From the NCBI RefSeq assembly GCF_009914755.1, contig NC_060935.1: DNA of 64,000 bases, one strand, 5' to 3'. A program made the translations under genes and the position numbers. How positions within the stretch are numbered: position 1 is the first letter of the stretch; each line of letters begins with the position of its first letter. Under the pieces are notes generated by a model. It saw nothing but the letters and a program-made list of their open reading frames with translations, was not told where the DNA came from and did no database searches. This stretch comes from the human T2T-CHM13v2.0 reference genome, Homo sapiens. Shown here one piece after another: positions 50,480 to 64,000 of the stretch.

Positions 50480-51482
50480 AGGACCGTGGGGGTCCATATC
50501 TAGGGACCGTGGGGGGTCCATATGTCGGGACCGTGGGGGTGTCTATATCTCGGGACCGTGGGGGTCCATATCTAAGGACCGTGGGGGTCCATATCTTGGG
50601 ACCATGGGGGGTCTATATGTCAGGACCGTGGGGGTCTATATCTAAGGACCGTGGGGTTCTGTATCTCAGGACCGTGGGGGTCCATATCTAGGGACCGTGG
50701 GGGTCCATATCTAGGGACCGTGGGGGGTCCATATGTCAGGACCGTGGGGGTGTCTATATCTCGGGACCGTGGGGGTCCATATCTAAGGACTGTGGGGGTC
50801 CATATCTTGGGACCATGGGGGGTCTATATGTCAGGACCGTGGGGGTCTATATCTAAGGACCGTGGGGTTCTGTATCTCAGGACCGTGGGGGTCTGTATCT
50901 AGGGACCGTGGGGATCTGTATCTAGGGACCGTGGGGATCTGTATCTAGGGACTGTGGGAGTCTATATCTAAGGACCGTGGGGTCTATATCTAGGGACCGT
51001 GGGGGTCCATATCTCAGGACCGTGGGGATCTGTATCTCAGGACCGTGGGGGTCTGTATCTCGGGACCGTGGGAGTCTATATCTAGGGACTGTGGGAGTCT
51101 ATATCTAAGGACCGTGGCGTCCATATCTAGGGACCATGGGGGTCCATATGTCGGGACCGTGGGGGGTCTATATCTCGGGACCGTGGGGGTCCATATCTAA
51201 GGACCATATGTCGGGACCGTGGGGTTCTGTATCTCAGGACCGTGGGGGTCTGTATCTAGGGACCGTAGGGATCTGTGTCTAGGGACCGTGGGGGTCTATA
51301 TCTAGGGACTGTGGGAGTCTATATCTAAGGACTGTGGCGGTCTGTATCTCGGGACCGTGGGGGTCTATATCTCAGGACCGTGGGGCTCCATATCTCAGGA
51401 CCATGGGGGTCTGTATCTAAGGACCGTGGAGGTCTATATCTCGGGACCGTGGGGGTCTCCATCTAAGGACTGTGGGGGTCTA
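50480..51482. repeat. ~23-bp VNTR, about 40+ copies (GGACCGTGGGGGTCYATATCTAG)
   Basis: Direct reading. Confidence 0.97.
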
Positions 51483-52153
51483 GCTGCTCTCTTCCAACAG
51501 TGAGCACGTGGCCTCCCTCTCTAGTGCAGACAGGGAGAGGAGCTGAACATTTCGTCTACCCGCTCAGTTAGGGATTGGGCCACTTCAGTCAATCGTCCCT
51601 CTGTGTGGCTTTCCTGGAGTTTTGGTTAAGAGCCTGGCCAGTCCGTGTCTTCTTATCCCTGACAGGCTGTCAGAGAGTCACTTCTTTCCCTGAGGTACAG
51701 GCTTAGCTCTTTAGTTGTCTGCTCAGGCAGCTTCAAAATTTGGAAAATGTCTTAAGGGCCAGATTAACCTGTGCCTGGGGCAGGACCCCTTCCTCTAGAA
51801 AAGCTCTGTGTACTAAGCTCCACAAGGCTATGCGAGACTTCAGCGCACCTGCGGAGGCCTCAGGCCTCACTTCTTAGCCTCCCCAGAAATTTGCAAATGT
51901 CCCAGTTTTCTGCTCCAGCCCCTGTGGTTGCCAAGAGCCCTGCTGGGTATTTCTCCCAGTAGAATTCCTCTTCCCCAGTGGGACCGAGGCTCAGCTCATA
52001 CCCAGCACTGGTTAATTCCTTAAAGGGAGAGAAGCCGACATTCAGCTCATCTTGGAAGGGCTCTCTCTGAATGTTTTCATCTGGTTCTTGTTGCTTCTAC
52101 AGTTCTCCAATGTCTTTTTTATAGATACATTTTTCCGGTATTTCAAAATTGTG

Positions 52154-53065
<912 letters not shown>

Positions 53066-53286
53066 CGCGTGGTAACAGGCCATGATGACCCCCTAGTGAT
53101 TGCTTTTGCCTGATCAAGGCAAGGCACCCCCGCCCTGAGCCAGATGCTGAGAGGGTGTGGTAGAGGCTGCACGGCAAGGGGCTGAGCCAGGTGGCTGCTG
53201 GTGCTCCTGCCTCTGACCGCCACCATGTATCCAGGATCCCTGCTGGCCAGGGCGCCCACCTGCCTGCTCCGGTTTGGTTCAGGGCC

Positions 53287-53288
<2 letters not shown>

Positions 53289-53358
<70 letters not shown>
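53289..53358. repeat. Perfect (TG)35 microsatellite
   Basis: 70 uninterrupted nt. Confidence 0.97.
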
Positions 53359-53359
<1 letters not shown>

Positions 53360-53460
53360 TTCCCAGGGGACCCAGTGTAGCCACAGATGCCCCCCACCTG
53401 CCTCGAGAGGGAAATAAACATAAATATACCAAGACAGCTATGGGGTGCTGGGGTGAGCGG

Positions 53461-53466
53461 TTTATT
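53461..53466 (-). terminator. KRTAP5-1: KRTAP5-1 polyadenylation signal AATAAA
   Basis: Plus-strand TTTATT ~390 nt after the stop codon. Confidence 0.85.
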
Positions 53467-53852
53467 GGATGTTTAAAGGACAGAGATCTGAACTCCTAGT
53501 GACTGCAGAGTGAGCAAGCACCCTGGGCTGTCCTGCAGGGCTGTCCGTGCTGGATGTGGTGCCAGCAGGCAGGGCTTGCGGATAGGCATTTGCTGCAGGT
53601 GGCTGGGGCGGTGGGGGGCTGGTCTCCAGATGCCTGGAAGGGAGGCCTTGAAAGTCATTCTTCTTGGATGCATGGGCCCATGGCATTTCTTGGTAGAAGG
53701 TCAAAGAGAAGTGTTCATGCTTGGCAAGGCAGGAGGGTGGGAGATAGGGTAGTGGGTGGGGAAGGAGAGTCTGGCTCACTGGGTGCCAGGAAAAGGAGGT
53801 AAAGGCTGGGCAGGAATGCCTGGCCATGGTAAGAGTCCTGCAAAGCCAGAAA

Positions 53853-54719
53853 TCAGATCTTGCACTGGCAGCACACGGGGACACAGCAACTGGACTGGGA
53901 GCAGCAGGGCTTGCAGCAGCTGGATTGGCAACAGGATGACCCACAGCCTGAGGAACAGCAGCAGGGCTTACAGCAACTGCACTGGGAGCAGGATGACCCG
54001 CAGCCTCCCTTAGACCCCGCGCAAGAGCCACAACTGGAACAGGAACAGCAACACACGGGCACACCGCAGCCGGAGCCACAGCCCCCACAGCCGGAGCCAC
54101 AACCCCCCTTGGATCCCCCACAAGAACCGCAGCCCCCCTTGCAGCCTCCACAGGAGCCACAGCCCCCCTTGGAGCCCCCACAAGAACCGCAGCCCCCCTT
54201 GCAGCCTCCACAGGAGCCACAGCCCCCCTTGGAGCCCCCACAAGAACCACAGGCCCCCTTGGAGCACCCACAGGAGCCACAGCCCCCTTTGCCACAGCTG
54301 GAGCAGGAACAAGCTGGCACACAGCAGCACATGGGCTTGCAGCAGCAGACAGGCACACAGCAGCTGGAGCCACATCCCCCACAGCCGGAACCACAGCCCC
54401 CCTTGGAGCCCCCACAGGAGCCACAACCCCCCTTGGATCCCCCACAAGAGCCACAGCCCCCCTTGCAGCCTCCACAGGAGCCACAGCCCCCCTTGGAGCC
54501 CCCAGAAGAGCCACAGCCCCCTTTGCCACAGCTGGAGCAGGAACAGGTTGGCACACGGCAGCACACGGGCTTGCAGCAGCAGACGGGCACACAGCAGCTG
54601 GAGCCAGAACCTCCACAGCCAGAGCCACAGCCCCCACAGCCGGAGCCACAGCCCCCACAGCCGGAGCCACAGCCCCCACAGCTGGAGCCACAGCCTCCGG
54701 AGCAGCCGCAACAGCCCAT
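53853..54719 (-). CDS. KRTAP5-1: Keratin-associated protein 5-1 (ultrahigh-sulfur, Cys/Gly-rich), single exon, 288 aa
   Basis: AGAACC ATG G; [16 protein letters not shown]...[19 protein letters not shown]...VPVCCQCKI*; 867 nt; first KRTAP5 gene after DUSP8. Confidence 0.93.
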   Translation of the reverse strand: MGCCGCSGGCGSSCGGCGSGCGGCGSGCGGCGSGCGGSGSSCCVPVCCCKPVCCRVPTCSCSSCGKGGCGSSGGSKGGCGSCGGCKGGCGSCGGSKGGCGSCGGSKGGCGSGCGGCGSSCCVPVCCCKPMCCCVPACSCSSCGKGGCGSCGCSKGACGSCGGSKGGCGSCGGCKGGCGSCGGSKGGCGSCGGCKGGCGSCGGSKGGCGSGCGGCGSGCGVPVCCCSCSSCGSCAGSKGGCGSSCSQCSCCKPCCCSSGCGSSCCQSSCCKPCCSQSSCCVPVCCQCKI

Positions 54720-54801
54720 GGTTCTGGTGGATTGAGGGTGGAGCAGGTAGAGGAGCAGGTGAGAGGGAGGTGCAGGTGTGGAGCTCCCTGAGCCTGGACC
54801 C

Positions 54802-54807
54802 TTTATA
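54802..54807 (-). promoter_or_regulatory. KRTAP5-1: TATA box of KRTAP5-1
   Basis: GATATAAAGGG ~83 nt upstream of the ATG, implying a TSS near 54775. Confidence 0.85.
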
Positions 54808-55546
54808 TCCCTGCCCAGGGTCATGTGTGAGGCTGGGCACACATTTCCTGGTTCCTGTTTGTGCCATTTTTAGGGCCCCTTTTTCTTGTTTCCTCTAGAA
54901 ATCCGCCCCTTGGTGTATGGGCTGCTCAGTGGGCTGCTGCTCTCTTGCTGAATCTGTGTCCAGACTTAATGGAGGCCCCCAAGGGTCTAGCCTCTCCCTG
55001 TTGACTCCAGAGTCACACTGGATTTACAAAAGCATCTATTTTAGGCTGGGCATGGTGGCTCACACCTGTAATCTCAGCACTTTGGGAGGCCTAGGCAGGT
55101 GGATCACTTGAGGTGAGGGGTTGGAGACCAGCCTGGCCAAAATGGTGAAATCTCGTGTCTACTAAAAACACAAAAATTAACTGGGTGTGGTGGCTCACAT
55201 CTGTAATCCCAGCACTTTGGGAGGCCGAGGCAGGTGGATCATTTGAGGTCAGGAGTTGGAGACCAGCCTGCCCAACATGGCAAAACCCCATCTCTACTAA
55301 AAATACAAAAATTAGCCAGGCATGGTGGTGCATGCTTGTAACTCCAGCTACTTGGGAGGCTGAGGCAGGAGAATGGCTTGAACCCAGAGGTGAAGGTTGC
55401 AGTGAGCAGAGATCACACCACTGCACTCTAGTGTGGGCAACAGAGCGGGACTCTGTCTCAAAAAAAAAAAAAAAAAGTGATCTATTTTAGTTGAACGATG
55501 GTATAAAGAGTAATATATTTAAAAAATGTAAAAAAAACCCTACTCA

Positions 55547-56045
<499 letters not shown>

Positions 56046-56630
56046 TTATGTAATGGGTATTACACTGTATTTCTCTTTCTGTAAATTGCTTTTGAAAAAA
56101 ATAGGTGTTAGGCTAAAGAGATTTTCTCTAGGGATACATATGGTTTTAATTTATTTGTTTTCTCTGATTTCTAAATATACATTGACTTATCCATTTACTT
56201 GTTGATGGACCTTTTGTTTCCTTTTTGTTGCTATTTCAAGCAAGCTGCAACTTTCTTGCCCAAAACCCCTCCTGCAGGTGTGGGTGCCTGAAAGTCAGGA
56301 GGTTCTTGTTACCAAGCTGTCTTCCCAAGGGATCCTCCCAGCCAGCTGCTGTCCAACCAGCATTGCCAGAGAGCTCCTGTTTCCTGGCACCCCCACCAAA
56401 ACTTGCAACTGTCAACTTACACCCTTCATGTGGGTGTGTAACACAGTGTTACACACTGTGGTTTAATCTTCCCTCTTCCTGGTTACTAGCCATGCTGTGC
56501 CTCTTTCCATATGGTCACCTGTCATTAGAGTCTCGTTAATTTCACGTCCTTGGCCCACTTTACAAAATTGAGATAGTTATTATTATTAATTTTTGAGATG
56601 GAGAGTCTTGCTCTGTCTCCCAGGCTGTAG

Positions 56631-56915
<285 letters not shown>

Positions 56916-57212
56916 TGAATTTTCTGGATTCTTTTATTTTGAGATGGAGTCTTGCTCTGTTGCCAGGCTGGAGTGCAGTGGCATGGTCTCGGCTCACTGC
57001 AGCCTCTGACTCCCTGGTTTGAGCAATTCTCCTGCTTCAGTCTCCCCTGGGATTACAGGCACGTGCCACCACACCCAGCTAATTTTTGTATTTTTAGTAG
57101 AGACAGGGTTTCACCATGTTGGCCAGGCTGGTCTCCTGACCTCATGATCCACCTGCCTCAGCCTCCCAAAGTGCTGGGATTACAGGCGAGAGCCACAGCG
57201 CCCAGCCTTTTG

Positions 57213-57243
<31 letters not shown>

Positions 57244-57602
57244 TTTTTTTTTTTTTTTTTTTGAGACAGAGTCTCGCTCTGTTGCGCAGGCTGGAGTGCA
57301 GTGGTGTGATCTCGGCTCACTGCAACCTCTGCCTCCGAGTTCAAGCAATTCTCCTGCCTCATCCTCCTGTGTTTCTTCTTAACATAGATGTCATTTATTC
57401 TAAGTTTTTCAAATTTATTGGGATGTACTTTTCATAGTTGCCTCTGTTTTTGAAGATGGGATCTTGCTATGTTGTCCAGGCTGGGGTGCAGTGGCCGTTC
57501 ACAGGCACCATCATAGCTCACTGCAGTCTCGAACTCACGCCTGGCCTCAAGTGGTCCTCAGCCTCTGAAGTAGCTGGGACTACTACAGACTACCACATTT
57601 GA

Positions 57603-58274
<672 letters not shown>

Positions 58275-58988
58275 TAGAGAGTCACTGCCATCTGGGCTTT
58301 CTGTCTGTCCCTCCTTCCTTCCCTCCCTCCCTCCCTCCCTTTTCTGCAGTCATTTTCATTCAGCTTCTTTCAGCCTTTCTGCAAGCTTCTGGGTGAGGGC
58401 TGTGTCTTGTAACTACTGTGGGGCTGCTTTAAAAGCTCCCATATTTTGGGGTCTCTGTTCTTTACCCGATGAGCTAAGCCTGTGGGGTTTGCTGTGATTT
58501 CTGACATACGTGGGCTGCTTCCCACCACCCTTTGCATTTCACCATCCTGTGGTAGTGCTTCCTTCCCCTCTTCTTTTAGATGGAGTTTTTAAGGTTCTGT
58601 TTTTGTTTTTATTTTGTTTTGCTTTGACTGACTTAGAAGTTATATACACTATTCCTGTTTTTAGCAGCAACCTTATGCATTTCATGTGTATTTTTAAACA
58701 AATGTTGTCTACACGTGATGGCCCTCTATTCCTCCCCTGCTGAGAGTTGTGCAGGGAGCTGGGGACAGCTTCTTCCCCTGCCCAGCCCCTCCGGTGTCAG
58801 CTGTGGGAGTTTCTCCAGCGTCTTAGCTCCTCTCACATTGCTCATCATTGTTTATTTATAGTCAGTATTTGCTTAAACTTGCCACACATCCACCAACAAC
58901 TCTAGGCGTGGTTCTTGCTTACACCATACTTCTTCCTTCCGGGCTCAGCTTCCTTCTTCCTGAAAACATCCTCCGGAAGTTCCCTCAC

Positions 58989-59357
58989 AAGCATTCATCA
59001 GTAGACAGTCTGCATTTTTACATGGAGGTGGCTTGTTTCCTGCTCCTCCTGAGCATTCATCAGTAGACAGCCTGCATTTTCACATGGAGGTGGCTTGTTT
59101 CCTGCTCCTCCCGAGCATTCATCAGTAGACAGCCTGCATTTTCACATGGAGGTGGCTTGTTTCCTGCTCCTCCCGAGCATTCATCAGTAGACAGCCTGCA
59201 TTTTCACATGGAGGTGGCTTGTTTCCTGCTCCTCCCGAGCATTCATCAGTAGACAGCCTGCATTTTCACATGGAGGTGGCTTGTTTCCTGCTCCTCCCGA
59301 GCATTCATCAGTAGACAGCCTGCATTTTCACATGGAGGTGGCTTGTTTCCTGCTCCT
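58989..59357. repeat. 62-bp minisatellite, 6 copies
   Basis: Unit starts at 58989, 59051, 59113, 59175, 59237 and 59299 (GAGCATTCATCAGTAGACAGCCTGCATTTTCACATGGAGGTGGCTTGTTTCCTGCTCCTCCC). Confidence 0.97.
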
Positions 59358-59465
59358 GGGCTCAAGCCATCCTTTCTCCTCAGCCTCCCCAGCAGCTGGG
59401 ATGACAAAGGCACACCATCACACTCAGCTAATTTTAATTTCTGTGTAGAGATGGGGTCTCTCTAA

Positions 59466-59579
<114 letters not shown>

Positions 59580-59671
59580 TAATGCTTTGGTTGGCACAAA
59601 ATTCCTCAGTGCTTGAAAGGTGTCACTGGCGGCTGTTTCGTCTGTTGCTGCTGTCACTTTCTCTGCCCCTC

Positions 59672-59852
59672 CGCTGGAGTCCCCAGCCTTCTGAGTCTGC
59701 TGTGGAAGCTGGAGTCTCTGGCCTTCTGTGTCCGCTGTGAAAGCTGGAGTCCTGGTCTTCCGTGTCTACTGTGGAAGCTGGAGCTGCCTGGCCTTCTGTG
59801 TCTGCTGTGCAGGCTGGAGTCCCTGGCCTTCCATGTCTGCTGTGGAAGCTGG
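59672..59852. repeat. Degenerate ~35-bp tandem repeat (~5 copies)
   Basis: GCTGGAGTCCCTGGCCTTCTGTGTCTGCTGTGGAA-like units. Confidence 0.8.
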
Positions 59853-60007
59853 CTTGCACATTTGGTTCTCCCACCTGCTTCATGCCATGTCCTTCCTGGA
59901 CCGAGGGTTCCAGTTTCAACCTTGGGAGACTCTCCCTGTCTCACCTCTCCCGAGTCTCTCTCATCTCTAGTTGGACAAATGTCAAATCTACTACATGTCC
60001 CCATATG

Positions 60008-60049
<42 letters not shown>

Positions 60050-60376
60050 CAGAGCCCTGTTCTGTTGCCTAGGCTGGAGTGCAGTGGCAAGATCTTGGTT
60101 CACTGCAACCTCCAACTCCCGGAGTCAAGTGATTCTTCTACCTCAACCTCCCAAGTAGCTGGGATTACAGGCGCCTGTCACCATGCCCAGCTATTTTATT
60201 TTATTTTATTTTTTGTATTTTTAGTAGAGAAGGGGTTTCACCATGCTGGCCAGGCTGGTCTCAAACTCCTGACCTCATGATCCACCTGCCTTGGCTGCCC
60301 AAAGTGCTGGGATTACAGGCGTGAACCACTGCGCCTGGCCCCCATGTGTCTTTTTTAAAAAAAGAAAACCGTTTTA

Positions 60377-60667
<291 letters not shown>

Positions 60668-61092
60668 CTACACTCCAACTTGGGCAACAGAGTGAGACTC
60701 CATCTCAAAAAAATAAATAAATAAAAGAAGACCGTCATAAGTGGAGAAATATATCATGTTCATGGGTGGAAAGTCTTAACATTATAAAAAGTTCAGTTTC
60801 TTATATTCATACATTCAATGGATTTTATTCAATTAAAATTCCAGAAGGATTTAATTCTGAAAATTATTCCATAGATCTAAAATTTATGTGCAAACTTGTG
60901 AATAACTGAGACACTCCTGAATAATATTCAGAAGGGGTAGTCTCTGCCTGATATTAAGGCATAATAAAGTCTTCGTTGTTAAAACAGTTTGCTACTAGCA
61001 CATGAATGGATAAATAGTTAGAAGTACAGAACAGGAACCCAGAAAAGACCCATCTATTGCAGAGCTTTAATTTTTTTTTTTTTTTTTTTTGA

Positions 61093-61430
<338 letters not shown>

Positions 61431-61810
61431 TAAAATTAGATGCCTACCTCACACCCTCTATAATCCACATGGATTGAAGACCTAAAAGGATATGTAAAAG
61501 TGAAAGGAAAATATAAAAAGAGTGGAAGATAATATAGGAGATTGTGTTTATTATCTTGGGGTCAGGAAATGAATTCTTAAATATGATCCCCAGAACATAA
61601 ACAGTAATTAGGAAAATGCTGTATTTAACCACATCAAAATTACTGATATATGTCTGGATATCACCCCACAAAAAAACCATTAAAAGATGATTGGGGCCAA
61701 GTGTGGTGGGTCACCCCTGTAATCCCAGCACTTTGGGAGGCCGAGGTGGGCAGATCACCTGATGTCAGGCGTTCGAGACCAGCCTGACCAACGTGGTAAA
61801 ACCCCATCTA

Positions 61811-62043
<233 letters not shown>

Positions 62044-63300
62044 CTAATGTCTAGACAGGAACCCTGAAAATCAACAGAAGAGGGCAGGAGACCTAGTGGA
62101 GAAGTGGGCAAAGCATAGGAATAGACCACCCACAGATGGCTAGTGAGGACGCGAAAAGACCTTCAACCTTATTTTTAATCAGAGTTAAGCAATGAAAACA
62201 AAACGCCCCTGGTTTTTGAAGAGAATGGAAACACCTGCAGTCTTACTGATATGTTACATTTAGCGCGTGGTATTTAGTGAGAGGCGTGAGCAGCTATGTG
62301 CTTAGCTGCAGCATACAGCGGGAGTCGTTACGTGACTTCTGCCTTTCAAGCACATACAGTGTAATGGGATCCATCCATCACACAAATATACTAGCTCTGT
62401 ACACAGCCTTGAGGAGGAGCAATATTTTTGGTTGTTATAAACTGCATTTTTTTTTTTTTGGTATGGCCTTTTGATTCTGGGAAGCACATTCATTCTATGG
62501 CTATTGCCTTTTTAGATCATGAAAGCATCATTCCATATTGATGAAGAAGATGTAGATATGGCACTGATCAACACCTCAGTCGCCTTCCTTCCAAAACAGA
62601 TACTTCTCAAGAAATCTGGGGCCGGGTGTAGTGGCTCACGCCTGTAATTCCAGCACTTTGGGAGGCCAAGGTGGGCAGATCACAAGGTCAGGAGATGGAG
62701 ACCATCCTGGTTAACACAGTGAAAACCCATCTCTACTAAAAATACAAAAAATTATCCGGGCGTGGTGGCGGGTGCCTGTAGTCCCAGCTACTCAGGAGGC
62801 TGAGGCAGGAGAATGGCGTGAACTCAGGAGGCAGAGCTTGCAGTGAGCTGAGATCGTGCCACTGCACTCCAACCTGGGCGACAGAATGAGACTGTATCTC
62901 AAAAAAAAAAGGAAAAGAAATCTGTTCTCCCAGGCTCCCCATTTCAGCATCCCACTCATTGATCATTGAAAACTCATTCACTAGGTTCACCACTCCTGGG
63001 TGTTATGCTGAGCAATGAGGATATTCATCATGGTGGATTATATGGCAGCAAAGAGCTCAAAAAAGGGTGATGGATGTGGGAAATGGGGGGCAGGAATCTA
63101 GTGGAACACACTTCAGTGGCCAGAAATAATGCATTGTATTTTCATGTAGCAATACATGCCAAAAGCACCAGATTTGCTTAAAACGCAAGAAACAGAACAG
63201 AATTTATAACCATCATGAATTTAAATAACATACACAAGGCTGGACACAGTGGCTCACGTCTGTAATCCCAGCACTTTGGGAGGGCCAGGCAGGTGGATTA

Positions 63301-63696
<396 letters not shown>

Positions 63697-63771
63697 TTAA
63701 ATAAAAACAATGTCTATATAGGATTCATTAGCTGAGGATTGTGATCTATAAAATTCTCAGCACATATATGA

Positions 63772-63999
<228 letters not shown>

Positions 64000-64000
64000 T

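Noticed and set aside
53860-54735. 291-aa Pro/Gln/Glu antisense ORF and the other alternative-frame KRTAP ORFs
   Set aside because: Frame shadows of the repetitive KRTAP5-1 CDS.
54720-54842. 41-codon N-terminal extension of the KRTAP ORF in the track
   Set aside because: It starts upstream of the TATA box; the family start is MGCCGC at 54719.

Overview
Human-like genomic DNA (Alu-rich, primate) matching the 11p15.5 interval MOB2 - DUSP8 - KRTAP5-AS1 - KRTAP5-1. Minus-strand genes: (i) the CpG-island promoter and first coding exon (MDWLMG|) of MOB2 at ~2.9-3.1 kb; (ii) the complete DUSP8 gene: non-coding exon 1 at ~41.2-41.6 kb, six coding exons that I spliced by hand to 1878 nt = 625 aa, 3'UTR to ~23.39 kb; (iii) intronless KRTAP5-1 (53853-54719, 288 aa in this allele). 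A divergent plus-strand lncRNA (KRTAP5-AS1) is expected from the DUSP8 island, but only a donor site is visible. The rest is Alu/L1/L2/MaLR/ERVL relics, several VNTRs and an orphan CpG island (~15.4-17.5 kb). I found no clearly new protein-coding system. The best unexplained structures are: a ~95% identical non-Alu 110-bp inverted repeat just upstream of the MOB2 promoter; a 19/20-nt copy of the DUSP8 promoter CRE-CCAAT module inside intron 2 (possible internal promoter for a docking-domain-less DUSP8); a second inverted repeat and a candidate poison exon in intron 3; uORFs; a perfect 60-bp coding duplication in KRTAP5-1; and an Alu-split coding-like segment at 62.5 kb. Gene names rest on my recognition of the proteins. 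No database searches were run, and repeat boundaries are approximate.
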